A DNA stretch of 63,610 bases, filler included, from Dimorphilus gyrociliatus (taxonomy: Eukaryota; Animalia; Annelida), in the NCBI GenBank assembly GCA_904063045.1. It is 4 parts of 4 records of this genome, joined end to end, with 100 filler letters (N's around TTAATTAATTAA, not from the genome) between each part and the next. Parts side by side here need not be neighbours in the genome. Positions count along the whole stretch, not along the records: positions 1 to 29,711 come from CAJFCJ010000077.1; 3 more parts are not named here. One strand, written 5' to 3'. A program made the position numbers and the translations under genes. Positions 1 to 13,623 of this stretch are shown here, in pieces. Each line of letters starts with the position of its first letter. Position 1 is the first letter of the stretch. The notes under the pieces are model-generated. The model searched no databases. It had not been told where the DNA came from and saw only the letters and a list, made by a program, of their open reading frames with translations.

Positions 1-1377
1 TCACCTCAAACAATATAACCAACTTCAGTTGTTAAGTAAACCATAGTTTTCTATATCTTTTGAATGTTCGTTTCAAATTTTGTTAAATATTATGAATTGT
101 TCTATATATTATCCTTAGAGCAAAGAACAAAAGAAACAGAAAAAATACATAAAAAAGATTTTCTTTGAAGCTGTTTAAAGAAGAAAGCTACGGCAAAAGT
201 TTCATTTCATTTTTATGTTATAAACACACCTTATTCTCACCGGAAGAAAAGGACTGAAAAAATGGCTAAATCAGATGACAAACTGATATGTTCAGTTTTC
301 TGTGGCATAATCCAAATGTGGATGTGTGGCAGTTCATGAATACATCTTCGAAATAACTAATAATAATATCTTTAGTAAAAGGATGCTACAGAGTTTGCCT
401 AAGTAAATTATATTTGGCCCAGAGTATTTGTGTTTACATAAGATGTAGGTTTTAAATCAGATGTGTATAACTTGTATATAGTAATTGTTTTAAGCTTAAA
501 ATATAATAAAAGTTGTACACTATTGTCTTTTCCAAAGATTAAATGATCACATCAAAAATGGATGAATTAAAAAAAAAGACACTAAGAATTTTTGAGGAGA
601 AAACCGTCCTGTTTATATCCGATGGCATAGACCATAGTTTGGCAGATATCAGTAGAAAATGGAGGATGCTATTAAAAACTAAATTATGAATTTGTTTCTA
701 CAACAGACTATAAACTATAACATAAAAAAGTATCATAATTAGTTAAGTATTTCTCACAAAAAAAATTAAGTGTACGAAATTTTCCTATCATATTTAATCT
801 GAGTACAGTTTAAGCTAGTTTCACAACTATTCTAATTTCTAGAATTAATGGGTACGGTTTAACTAGGAACGGTTTGAATAGTATATCCTTGATGAGTAAT
901 TGATTTTTGCATTTCCCTTTAAACAGGAAATTAGAGTACCAAATCCAATTTGAGGATAATTGAATGAAAAAACTGACCTTACTACTTATGGATATGGATG
1001 ATGCTATTGTTTAAAACAAAACAAAATACTTGTCACGTCTCAGTTGAAAAACACTAACATTAATAAGATATTAATCAAGATATTAATTACATTTACAGTT
1101 GTTGGTGTTCCAACCTAGTTTTTGTTCCCAAGTATTGTTCACAATAATTTTATTTTGTTTTACTCTTAAAGATATCTTAATTTACAGCAGCAGCAAATAT
1201 TATCTTACACTTCCTGTATCCTCACTCTTCATGTAATTGAGGAAATCCTTAGATAAGCCTCTTAAAAAGAGACTGGTTTATCATTACTTTATATTTATCT
1301 CTGAAAAAGTCTTAAGAGAATAAAACTAAGAACAAAATATATAAATTTATATACTATTTATTTCACAATTCTGTCGT

Positions 1378-1621
1378 TTACTCGTACAAGTTGATGTGTC
1401 TGTATCCAGACTTTACATTTAATACGATTTGTAGAATTAGAACAATAATTCCAATGCAACTTGAAAAGATAATGGCAATAATTCCAAGGATTTTTGCGGA
1501 AGATGCCATTTGTCTTGCCTTCCTGTAATTTCCAATTCCTTGTGCGTTTCTGCTACCTAGACTTTTCAGCAATGAGGGAAGCCCACAACACACACAAAAA
1601 AATATTGAAATTATACTCAAA
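1378..1621 (-). CDS. CD225/dispanin (IFITM/PRRT-like) membrane protein, terminal exon
   Basis: ILSIISIFFCVCCGLPSLLKS...G...A...S..AKILGIIAIIFSSCIGII matches the CD225 pattern (CC-x-G hydrophobic hairpin plus C-terminal TM). TTTTCAG acceptor precedes the exon; upstream exons not located. Confidence 0.65.
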
Positions 1622-3055
1622 ATCTGAAAAGTTACACATGTTTTTCTTATTGTGGTCAAAAAGAAACAAAGTAAACTGGTAGTATTATGTAAGAATGGAA
1701 AAATTGTTTATATAAACTTAAAATCTATATCCCCACATATACATTTTCCCATTCCTTTATAAAATACTAATTCATCTTGAAAAATTTGAAACGAACATTC
1801 AAAAGATATAGAAAACTATGGTTTACTTAACAACTGAAGTTGGTTATATTGTTTGAGGTGAAAATTCTTTGGAAGTGAAATTTCATGGCAAGTTTTGCTT
1901 GCAAAAATGTTCTAGAGCCTTGTGCTTTGTTTAATAAATTTATAATTAATACTCTTAGGGTGTTTCTGGTTGCTCTTTCAACTGTCCATTTTGACGTAAC
2001 AGCACTAAGCCGATTGCTTGTATCACACATCTAGTATCATCTCTGCCCACAAAGCAGACAAGCTAGATATGCTTGTGTTTCCTTTTATCGCAAATGGATT
2101 GAGGACAACATGACTGATTAAATAACTTAAAATTTATCAATTCAATTTCATTGCTGTTGATGGTAACGAAAACATGAATAATATCAAATTACTATACATT
2201 TTCTGGAGCAGTCATTAAATAAGTTGCACTAAAATCCAATAATTTCAAATTCACGACTGTTTCCCTTTTAATTCTTAAAGATCCAGGCATAAATGTGTTA
2301 AAGTAACATTAATTATCATCACTAGCGCATAATTTGTAGAAGATGATCCATATGCTCCTCAATCAGCTTGCCTTCTTAAAGAAAATCTACATGGTGTTTT
2401 AGTAGGGTTGATGGAAAACGTCTACGCAGCATAAATTATTTGTTTGTCTGGCTGTGTAAAAGAACTTAAAACAAGAATTTTCCTCTGTACAATTCTAATG
2501 TACTCTAATTACTATGGACACTGTATTTTTGAAAGGGATAGGCAACCTACCAGAAGCTTTTTCTCCTCCATAATTAATTTGAAAAGTGTATTTAACAAAT
2601 TATCTAATAGCATATTTGTTAATAGTAAATAAAGCATTAGAGTATCTCTGTTATAAATGAAGTCAAAGATAATTTATTACCTATGCAGTTTACTCAATAC
2701 ATATTCTTTGGACGAAATACTGGTGTTTTGTTGATTACATTTATTCAGACTGTTTGTGGACGGACTTTAAAGGTTTTATTTGTTTGAGTACCTTGGCAAA
2801 TTGGTAAATGATTGGAAAGGATGATTACCGATGTGACGAACCAGAAATTTCTACAATTACAATAAAACAAAGTGCAAGATATTATGTTTCTTTGATAATG
2901 ATATGGTCTTTCTCTCTTTCCCTCCTTCTTACTTTTTTTGGTTCGTCTACAAGGTGAACAGTGACCAACTTTCAGGTTTACCCGGGAAATTATATATTCA
3001 TTAAGTATAAAAAAAAACAACAGCTGGTCAGCAAAAATTCTGTTATTTCAAAAGT

Positions 3056-3307
3056 TCAGACTTCAATCGGCCATCTGTTGAAGTTATTGTATCGGCAGAT
3101 AAACATGGTAATACCTAAGTTTCCTAGCATCTCTGCAGTCTTCAAATACCCCGATCTGTGTTTCTTGGTTCTGGCACTGCATACCAAAATACCAGTCTTC
3201 GAATTTTTGGTTTTCAGAGTAAAGAAAAACCTTTCATTCATCAACAATTCTTTGCCAAGATTATTTCCGCCTCTTACTGTATGAAAGTTATCATTCATTT
3301 CTATCAC
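3056..3307 (-). pseudogene. FLYWCH-like fragment, probable MULE transposase relic
   Basis: NDNFHTVRGGNNLGKELLMNERFFFTLKTK aligns by eye with DNDFKIISGGSQLGKDILIHNGFSFTLKAK at ~14865-14950; both resemble the N-terminal half of FLYWCH. Confidence 0.5.
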
Positions 3308-3637
3308 ATGATTTTCTTCTGATAATCTAAACTTTAAGTTGTAAAAACTGCTGACTCATATACAAATGGGTGTATTTTGACTTTTCGGAATGTATGTAAA
3401 TGACGAAATAATAAGATTAACTTTCAAATTGGAATAATTCACCAATTGAAACAGTTTATTTGTTTAATGCTTTGAAAGTATGTAAAAAATGGTACTATTA
3501 TAATTTTCAAATGCATAAACTTAGCTAAACAGAAGTAGTAGGGTCATTTTTAAAATTTTCTGAAAAGTTATAAAAGGTTAAAGTATCTACAAGCTCTACC
3601 AAACTTTTCCAAATGTTTATTCTATTTAATCCACGAT

Positions 3638-6600
3638 TTAACACACATTAAGCCGACATTTAATGTCTTCAATTTCTCTTTTAAGTTTTTGATTCTCAGA
3701 GTAGATATTTTGCAGCATTTCCATAGTAGTATTGTTTGTAAAAATATGACTTTCTGCTAGTGTTTTTTGAGAATCTGTGGATAAACCTTGAAAAGGTTGG
3801 AAATTATCATTGTTACATTCAACTGCCCAACAAGTAAAAATATAAATTCTTGGTATATTAATCTTTTCATAAACTTTAGTATCTTCAACATAAACAATTG
3901 TTTCAGATTGGTTAATTGGAGGCAATTTACAATTTCTTCTATTGGCATTGCTCTTTGATTTTTTATTGTATTTTCTACACAATATGGCTGACCAGATTCT
4001 AGACGAAATATTATTAATAAAGGATAAACATTTTAGAGTGATGTGTTTCCTGTCAGTGATATTCAATTCTAATGATAATTCAATTCTTAATTGTTGTACT
4101 TCTAATTGAGCTTTTTCTCTTAATTTATTAACATCATCCACAGCCAAAGCAGTTAATAAATTCATAACAATAATTGGCATAAGAAGCAAAAATATTATAA
4201 AAATGCAATATGTTGCAACTGGATAAGTGATGTGGTTTTTTTCTGATTCACTTCGATATGGATAAAATATATCTGTAAAATCAATTTCTCCCAACATCAT
4301 TACAAATGTTTTTAATAAGGATTCTCCAAATGAACCAAAATCATTCTGTTAAAAGAAAACTTAAATAAATATTGAAATAGATTTTATAAAAAAGAATATT
4401 GAAACTTAATGTACATATTGTTTAAGTAAACCATAAAAACTTAAACCAAATGCAGTAATAAATAAAAGAAATACAACACAGAATTGAGAAAATGTCTTTA
4501 AAATTGTTGTAACCATAGATACGTAAATACCAAATATAGGGAAACGTCTTATCTCAAGAATAAGATTTATCCAAAGACTAAACAGTGAAATTGATCCAAG
4601 TTCCCATTGCCAATTTTTTATCTGAAAAGCAAATGTCAAAATATGACTATTTTAAATGAAATTATTTTGGAAACTTACTGTACTATTATAACATTTTTTT
4701 TCAAAATCAAATAAGATAATTAAAGGAATAATATATGTAAACCAGTCTAGAATATTTTTAAATTCCATATATTGCCATTTAAGAATGAACATCTGAGAAA
4801 TCTTGCAATAGAAAAAAACATATCAAACTTATTTTGTTACAGTAAACAGTACAGACTAATTCAACTCAAGCATAGGCCTCAATCTTTCAAATTTATACAG
4901 ACAAGTAATAGTAAATACTTACTTCTATTGCAATTCCAATTACTATGAAAAAAACTAGAACAATGAAACAAGTTAGAAATTTACTTGTTTTATGACAAGT
5001 TGATAAGGAAATATTGTCAACACTATTATCCTTTTCAGCTCTTAAACAATCAAAGAAATATTTCAGTTGAACATTAGACATCATTTAAATTATGTTTATA
5101 CTCTGATGATGGTGTCGTTAAACTTAGAAATAAACTTGTAAATAATCCAACATATGCACTATAGAAAACTAACGACACTAGGAAATAATAAAATGATAAT
5201 TTCCAATTGTAATTTAGAAATTTCTTGGTAACAATGTGCTTTAAAAGATCTCCTCTTTCATATTCAACCTATATAGATATTGCATATATTTTAAATGTTG
5301 AAAAGATGTCAAGATTGCTTTTGCAGATTTTTTGCCTATTTCACCATCTAATAGCACAGCTGACAATCACCCTTAATAAACTGTAGGTGAACTAGTACGG
5401 AAAATCTTCAAGCAAATATACATAAAATATTTTAAAAGTGTACCATTAATTGTAAAGGATTTTCCAATCTTCTTGATGCAATTCTAAACATTTGCTTATC
5501 ATAGAATGAATCAGCTACAAATTCGAAATTATAAAATTTATGATAATGATTATCATCGGGTATATAACATTCTAAATAGTGATAATCATCAAAACTGTCA
5601 TTGAAATTTCCATGAAAATCAGCAGGTAAACCCTGCCTAAAATGATGATTTTTACATTTGCAATTATCAAAATATAATGGTCTTCTGTAGTTAGTTTGTT
5701 CATAATCATTGTCATCAGATTCATCATCAGCATTGCTATCATGCCTCTTAAAAGAAATAAAACTTTCTTTTGTTAATAACTTGTAAATAAATTCAAATAT
5801 CATGTTTATTCCGCTTAAACCCTCCTCCTCCTCTTTAAACTCTTTGTATATGATTTTTTCCCTTAATTCAGTTTCCTTCTTTTTAGGCTCAATAACACAT
5901 TTATCTAAAGCAATCAAAGCCATATCTAAAATGATTTAAAAAAAAAATGCGAATTTTTATTTTGTAAGACCAAAATCAAAAATTAAAATTCTTCTATTTT
6001 TCTTTCAACCTGGCATTTTTTTAATCATCTTCTTAAACGGGCTATCAACATATGTTTTTCTTATAAAATGAAAAGTTACTTTAACTGTTAATGAGCAATG
6101 TCTTAAAAAATTTGACCATTTATCAGATTCTAGTAAAACTTTGACTTGTTCCCTTGTTAATAAAGAAAAAAGATCATCAATTAGTATCTTTTGATGAATA
6201 TACAGATTTTATTACTTCATTCCTTGATCAATTAAATAATCAAGTACATTTCTTTTATCAGTTTTGGAAATTACTCCATAGGGATGAATATCATACTTCA
6301 ATAGAGTTTTCAACAGTGTTAAATATCCTCTGGTAATTGTTTCAAGAACAGCTCTGGTACCCCATCCAACCTGTAAAAATTATCAGATGCTATTACAGTT
6401 TGTTTAATATAACATTTACCAAATAATATTATCCATCATAACTTAAAAAATACCTTATACCTACACTTTTAATTGTATTAATCAATTCTTTTTCTTCATC
6501 TAAAATTCACATTTATAATAGTATTTAAACTGTAATCTCCAAAGTCCTACAAAAAAAGAGATTTACCTGGCATATTACTCTTCTCTTCATAAAATATAGT

Positions 6601-9600
6601 ACTAAGAATATAGTCTAGTATTTCATTGTGGCCTTTTTTAATTGCAATATCAATTCCAAAAGTATTATTTCCATTTGAATTAACCAAAAGTGATGTTTTA
6701 AAATTGAGTTTTTTTTTCTCAATTAGTGCTTTACACACCCTAAAGAATTCTTAATATAAATATATAAAGTATATATATATATATATATATATATGTTGTC
6801 GACATAGAGAAATACGGGACCGGTCGAAAACGGCCATAAATGAAATATTTGAAAGTTAAATTTCAGCCTGGGAAATGGTTAGGAGGAATAAGATAACTGT
6901 TGATATGTTCTTAGGAGGGTCCCATCTAAGGGTTAGGGGTATTCAAAAAGGTTAGGCAAAAACAAGGCCTGGGTTAGGGTTAGGGTAAAACCATAGATTT
7001 ATGGCCGTTTTCTACCACATCCGAGAAATACTACCTTAGCTCTAAGGTAGTTTTATACTGGACAACAATTGCTGTTATATTATTACTATTAATAATTTTA
7101 AGTGGATACGACAGAAAACGTCTGCAAATTCACTATTTAATCCTAACCCTATCCTAGCCCTGGTCTCTGCCTAACCTTTTTAATTAGCCCTAGCCGCTAG
7201 ATGGGACACCCTTAACTACAAATCAGTAGCTAATTCACTCCTAACCATTTTTCAATCCGAAATGTTGCTTTCAAAAATCTCACTTGCGGGTGTTTTCTGT
7301 CGGCCCCATTTTAAGTTGGTGAACGGAAATGAATAACGTAGAGTCGAAAAAGAGAATATCTTAACTATAGTTTTAGAGGATAAACGTATCATAATATTAT
7401 TAGTAACGAAATGTAAACTTGGCAGTGCGCCAAGTCTAATTGTGACCGTCAACTACATAAATATATATGTATATATTACAGATATAAATATTAGAATACA
7501 AGTTAATTGAGCCCACTTTCTTTTCTTTTTACTTACTCAACATTATTGTTTTCAATGGCTATAAACATTGGAGTCATACCATTTTGATTTTTCAATTGAA
7601 TTTGCACGTTATATTGCAGTAAAAGCTGACAGAGATATAAATCAGATAATATTAAATTAAATGGTGTGTTGTTCTTTTGATATCTTACTTTCATAAAAAT
7701 CGGATTTTTTTTTTTAGCAGCTTGATGAGCTGGATTTTCTTTCATGCAAAAATCATCTACATGATCAATAACTTCTTCAAAATTTTCCATTTTCTCATAG
7801 GTTTCTCTTGATAGTATAAGCTGATGAAAATCGAAAATCATTTTCTATCGTATATGTATATATACAGTATAAGCATTCTAAAGAATCTTTCAACCTTGAC
7901 TGTTTCAGTTAAGTCTTTTTCTATTGCTTGAGAAAGAATTGAAGAGTCTGGAAATCTTGTAAAATGATCTCTATAAAACGGAAATAGCATTTGAAAAATT
8001 TCCTCTTGGCACTCAGTAACACAGAGAACAATTGGAGATATATATGATACTGTTGTAAGTTGTGAATTATAGAATTTTCTATCTCTTTTGAATGTTGATT
8101 TCATAATTTTATCAAAGAGTTCATATCTAATTCAAAATCAAAAAAATTATTAATTCTTTCCACAATTAAAAAATGTTTACTCCACTCGTTTGTCATAAAA
8201 TAGTTAATTATTTTCGGATTATGAGAAGAAATTGCATTATGAAGAAAACTATCACAACTGGGATTATCTTTAGAGTCACAAAGGATCTTAGTAAATCCTG
8301 TTAAAATGTTATTAGATCTCAAAATACATTGTAAAACAAAATACAAATTTAATATCTTACTATGCGGAAATGCTCTTTTTACAAAATGTAAATACATTTT
8401 TATTGGATATGTATTGTGTAATTTGCCCAAATTTGTCACTATAGGATCATTATCATCAAATGGATTATCTAAAAGAAAACAAAAAAATATACTGTTAATT
8501 TCATATGAATATGATTTCTTCTGTATTTGTGTTTTTACAGTGTAGTAAAAGCGGTAACCATTCACAACTATCCAAATTGAATTGATAAATTTTTAAGTTT
8601 TTTAAATTCCTCATTTTAAATAACTGAAAAATAAAATTTAAAAAGTTTATAAACAACTTTAAAGAATAAAAAAAAAAATACATCAATATCGGTGTTACTT
8701 GCTATCATATCTAATAAATATATCATATCTGCTATTCTTCTATTAGATAAATATTCAAATGTTTTATGGAAAGGTGTTGATTTTTCATGATCTGTTATTA
8801 TACTCTTAATATATTCAACACTTTGATTTTTTATCAAAGAAAATAGATATTCTGATACATCAACTTGAAGGTAGCTTAATGAAATAAATAATGCTGTTCT
8901 TCCTTCGTCTCTTATTTCCTTTTAATAAGAAATATTATTCAAATCTTAACAACAACAGCCATAGTAACAACTTACAGAAAACCATTTTAAAAATCCGTCT
9001 TTACCTTTATAGTTTTCCATCAATTGAACTACACTTTCTATTATATTTTTGCTGCATGTTGTTAATACCGCTTTTATTAAGATTTTATCTCTATCTCCTT
9101 TTTCCCATTCTAATTTAAGTCTATTAGTTAAAAAATATCCAAGATATCCATACTTGTCAAGATTTGCAATAACTGTATCTGACAAGTAAAAAATAAAATA
9201 GATATTTTTTCAATATGATAATAAAGGTTTAATAAAACTATTAATACTACTTCCGGGATCTTGACAACTTGCAGAATAACTATCAATTAAGTGTACAAAA
9301 GGTAATTTGCCATTTGTATCCCTTTCATAAAAATCTATAAGAAACGAATAAATGAGAAATAGAATTTGAAAAACAGAGAAATAGAGATAGAGGGAGAAAG
9401 AGAAAAGGAGAGAAAGAATAGACTAACCAGCTCCATTTAATTTCAAAATTTTTAATAGTTTTATAGATTGTTTCTTTGCCGCATAATGTATAATGCCTAA
9501 TCCAAATTTATCCTTTTTTTCAAATAGTTCCTTAAGATTTTCTTCCTCAAAATTATCTAAATAACATTTTAAAGACTTTTCTTCTTCTCTTGTAAATTTC

Positions 9601-9790
9601 CAGTGTTTTACTAACTGTTAAAAAAATCAGAAGGACAACTTACTATTACATAATTTCTTTAAAAAAATTAGCAACCTGGAATACTTCTTTTTCTTGGTCA
9701 TTAAATATATTTTTAAAATTTTCCATTCTTCTTCTTCTGCTCAATTTGTTATCTTCCATGCAATAGTTGAAGAGTGTATGCCAAATATCA
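3638..9790 (-). CDS. TRPA-like ankyrin-repeat cation channel, multi-exon (5' end unresolved)
   Basis: Ankyrin exons ([14 protein letters not shown] ~9500; [14 protein letters not shown] 7536-7600; [14 protein letters not shown] ~6620); [21 protein letters not shown]; NPLQLMV; LLKHIV..FLNYNW; TM exons; pore [14 protein letters not shown] and S6 [18 protein letters not shown]. Verified exons include 4415-4621 and 3638-4345, separated by a 69-nt GT-AG intron. Confidence 0.85.
6768..6794. repeat. (AT)n microsatellite
   Basis: Uninterrupted TA dinucleotide run in a TRPA intron. Confidence 0.9.
6816..7022 (+). mobile_element. MITE copy 1 (diverged subfamily), 9-bp TSD
   Basis: TIRs GGGACCGGTCGAAAACGGCCATAAAT / ATTTATGGCCGTTTTCTACCACATCC; exact TSD GAGAAATAC at 6807-6815 and 7023-7031; internal GGTTAGG/TTAGGG motifs. 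Confidence 0.85.
7104..7307 (-). mobile_element. MITE copy 2, 9-bp TSD
   Basis: GGATACGACAGAAAAC...GTTTTCTGTCGGCCCC; exact TSD ATTTTAAGT at 7095-7103 and 7308-7316. Confidence 0.9.
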
Positions 9791-10781
9791 TATAAATTCC
9801 ATTTCTAAAACCTCAAATTTCATTGGAAACTGATAATTTATTGCCTAAAAGGTCATAAAATAGTTTTTATTTGAATTGAGCAATTCAAAAAGAAGAAAAA
9901 TAGTTGAGGTTTTCTCTGATAAATAAAAATTTATCTTAAAGTATTTCTAATATATTTTGCACTCTTTACTTCTTATTTCAATCAGAGAATACTACACCAA
10001 GAGTGTCCCGTAATTTTCCACTTTTGAATATTCAAAAGGTTTAAATAAATTAAAATAATGCAGTTTATTGACAGTATTTCTTGGTTTTTTTCTTTACATA
10101 TAACAACAGTATATGACATATTTCGATAATCTTAGGACTAATTGCCGATAGTGCTGAATAGATAATAATATTTGACAACCTTGCAAAAGTTATGACAGAA
10201 AAATTGACTTCGTTGTGAAAAAATTCTTGGCCAAGCCATAAAATATTCACAATAGTACATTATACGTCAACTACGCGGAATGTTATTGTTCGCGTTCTAT
10301 GCTTTCGAAAAATCAAAAACAAGTTGAAAATCTTTTATAGACTGTCACAGATTTTGGATAGAGTCTTTGAACGAGAAAAATAGATAGGGATTAGTTTAGA
10401 GCAGACTGTGGCGAGATTTTCTCCCAGTTCATCTAAAGTGGTAATCTGTCTGTTGGACTGATTATCTTAAAGATATAGTTGCAGTACCTACAAAGCTATT
10501 TTTTTTGGTTCTACAACAATGGGATAATTGTTTTCTTATTCATATTTTTTTTATTTTTAAATGCAAAAATAATCCAACATATCTCATATTTTCAAGAAGA
10601 CACTCATCAGAAATGTTAAAACTAACATTATTTTTTCAAACATACATACCAATATCACCTTGTTTTTCCTTTTTAAACACAATAACAACAATATTAATCG
10701 TTTTTTTTCTCACAAAAACTGTTTAAGGAAAAATTTTCACTTACGAGAATAATAAAGGTATCATCATCAGGTATGTTAAAT

Positions 10782-10977
10782 GGACACGACAGAAAACGTC
10801 CCCAGATGCATGGTTTAACCCTAGCCCATGTCTCTCCTTAACCTTTTTGATTATCCTGACCCCTAGATGGAACCCTCCTTAACTACAAATCAATGGCTAC
10901 TTTACTCGTCCTAACCATTTTTCAATCCGAAATGTTGCTTTTAAAAATCTCACTTGGGGACTTTTTCTGTCGGCCCC
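10782..10977 (-). mobile_element. MITE copy 3
   Basis: GGACACGACAGAAAACGTCCCC...GGGGACTTTTTCTGTCGGCCCC; TSD ATGTTAAAT/ATATTAAAG (7/9). Confidence 0.9.
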
Positions 10978-11271
10978 ATATTAAAGAAATATGTAATTTA
11001 TAAAATTTCATTAAAGACTGAAAACACTTTTTGGCTGATTTCAATAGAATAAAAACAGAATTAATATTCAATTTTTTCCGGTTGGTAGACTAACATCAGT
11101 TTTACAAAAGATATTTGATATTTGAAAGTAGCTTCACTTTATAAGAAATTCATGTTTTATATATATACAGTATAGGCAAAAAGTTCCCAGTCACCTTGTA
11201 AAATTTCGTTTAAAATTTATGACATTGAGGAAATTAAAAGATAAAAATTATTATAATTGATATAGAAGACA

Positions 11272-11457
11272 CTACCCACAGTTTCCATGTATTAACGCCA
11301 CCCTTAATATAAAAACCTTCCTTGAATTCAATAGGTATGTTTCTCCTATTTCTTCCACATAAAAAAAATAGTTACCAATAAATGATAAAGGTATTGAAGT
11401 TGCCAAATTTGATGAGATTATTATTAATCCAACTAGTAGTATTTTCTTTAATATCAT
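11272..11457 (-). CDS. Possible first exon of a secreted protein
   Basis: AAA-ATG start and signal-peptide-like MILKKILLVGLIIISSNLA; no domain recognised. Confidence 0.3.
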   Translation of the reverse strand: MILKKILLVGLIIISSNLATSIPLSFIGNYFFYVEEIGETYLLNSRKVFILRVALIHGNCG

Positions 11458-12189
11458 TTTACAAATTTCTTTTGATAAACATGATTTGTTTTATTTATTA
11501 CTGAATAAATATCCCAATAAAATATCAGAATAATTAAACCATTTAACAATCCAAAAAGTGACAAAATAATGAATGTATATCGACATCCATTTTGTCTTTC
11601 ATTCGTTAAATATAATAAAAAACACAAAGAATATATTGAATAATAATTCTGTTAGAGATTTAAAGAACTACTCAATGTCGTTTTTTTTAAATTTTTATGA
11701 TCAGATTGATGCTTGGAAAAGAGAAAATTTGACGTTGATCAACTTTCTTAGAAGACAAAATAACTATTTTATTTTTGCATATCTGTTTATTATTGTTCAA
11801 AAAGAAATTAAATCCTATCAGACTAATTTCATTGCAAACAGTAGACATTTTTTTTAATTATAATTTGATTTTCTAATTTAAAAGTAATGTTTTGTTTGCA
11901 AAAAATATATGAAATACTGAATGAAGGGGCAAACCTGTCTCTCTATCAGTAAATACTTATTTATTAGAATATCTACTAAACAAAAAACTGTGAATTTAAA
12001 AAAGTAAAAGTTAAGTATAAGTCTTGTCTTTTTTCAATTTTTGAACAGCTGATGCATGCATTTTCATTTGAATTTTATCGTACTTTTTCCACAGTTTTAT
12101 TTTTCAAAAATGTAATAATCAACTGTTCTCACAAAGTTTACTGTTTATTTTTGGTTGTGGCCTAGAAAAAATCAGGAACGGGAAAGTTG

Positions 12190-12966
12190 TCTTCTTTTTG
12201 GAAAAGCCATCCACTTTTTGGGAAAACTTCTCGTCTCTTTGAGAGAACTTTTCCCCTTTTTGCAAAAGTAACTGCTTTAATTTTAAAAGAAATAGAAAAA
12301 AGTATATATAACATATTCAATCACTTACAAATAACAAATTATTCCAATCCAAAAAACTTCTTTGCTCACTTTTAGTTGGAATTATGGATTGTTTTACCAT
12401 CTGTTTTTCCAAATGTACCATTTCAAGGATGTGTTCTCCACTGGACACAAGCAGTTTTCAGGAAAATCCAAGTAATTTATTGTAATACATATTTAAATTA
12501 TAAAATAATTCCATGTTTTTAGAAATAATAAAGAAGCTAAAAATATGATGAGGAAGTTATCAGCACTTCTTTTTCTTCCATCTCAGGTAATTCGACCTAC
12601 TTTTTCATCTTTAAAAGAAGCTTTGAAGAAAAATTTATATAAAGATTTGTATGACTGTATAGAAAATACTTGGATTAGAAATTCTATTTGGACTCCAAAT
12701 AGTTGATCGTTTTTGGAATGAACATTCGCACATATAATAATGTTGAAGCATGGCATAGACAACTTAATGAAAAAAGTTTGCAAAATTCTTGCTTCTACAT
12801 ATTAGTTTATTACTTGAAGCAGGAGGCTTCTTTAATTTCAGTTTTCCAAAAACTTTTAAGAGAAAAGAAATTAAAAACATATAAAAAACAAATGACAATA
12901 ACAAAACAAAAGAAAATTTTTGTTATATGGAATGAATATAACTTTTGGTCAAATAACTGCATTTGA
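12190..12966 (+). pseudogene. MULE (Mutator-like) transposase relic
   Basis: FAHF*LELWIVLPSVFPNVPFQGCVLHWTQAVFRKIQ (12361-12471) and W...W.FFGMNIRTYNNVEAWHRQLN match the MULE motifs DFE..FP..GC.FH..Q and RTNN..E.WH..LN; in-frame stops; probable ~50-nt intron. Confidence 0.75.
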
Positions 12967-13148
12967 TCTAAATGCACTGGAAATAAGCTATTGTTTTTTT
13001 GGTTTGTTTTAAATATTGATTATGTCATTGTGTATATGAGAAAATTTAGTTTTAAAAAATATTGTTTAACTAAAATACTAGACTTTTGTTTTTAAATGAA
13101 ATTTTATGAAAAATAAAGTGTATTTTCAAGTTGTATTTCATTACTTAC

Positions 13149-13623
13149 AGCATTTTCCTTCAAGTAGGCCAATATGAATATAAATTAGAGAACTAGTATA
13201 ACCAGCAGTATAGTGGGTTTCATTATTCAAATAGCAAATTTTATAGTTTTTTTTGAAGTCAAGAGATCTTAAAATATCATTACAAAGTTTTTTGTGAAAT
13301 TCTTTTTAGATTTTCTCTTATGAAATCTTACTTGCAATCGTCAGTTGCATAACACAACTCTAAGCAAGAATTTAATGAACCAGTATAGGCCTTAGAGCTT
13401 CCATTAGGAAAAAGTTTAATGTCATATCCTGGGATTGATGCGTTCAGTTTCTCATATAGACAATCTATAAAAAAGAAAATTGAACTTTAACAAACAATGC
13501 TCTATTTCAATAAATTAGAATTTAACAAAATTACTCACTGGATGGAAAACTTTCAATTTTAGTGAAAAGAACACAAATATAAATTATTATTAAAGGTATG
13601 GGAAAAAGTAGAAACACCTTCAT
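13149..13623 (-). CDS. Secreted PAN/Apple-domain protein, first three exons (absent from ORF track)
   Basis: Exons 13623-13539, 13464-13332 and 13267-13149 with GT-AG introns and compatible phases give MKVFLLFPIPLIIIYICVLFTKIESFPS-NCLYEKLNASIPGYDIK...SLNSCLELCYATDDCKSLDF...CYL...GKC: signal peptide plus the six-Cys PAN pattern. Confidence 0.75.

Noticed and set aside
200-1100. MEDAI/MDDAI-like fragments suggesting a pogo/psq-HTH relic
   Set aside because: Too short and interrupted to support a call.
1827-2640. Possible degraded integrase/transposase on the minus strand
   Set aside because: Partly open frames but many stops and no motif I can identify with confidence.
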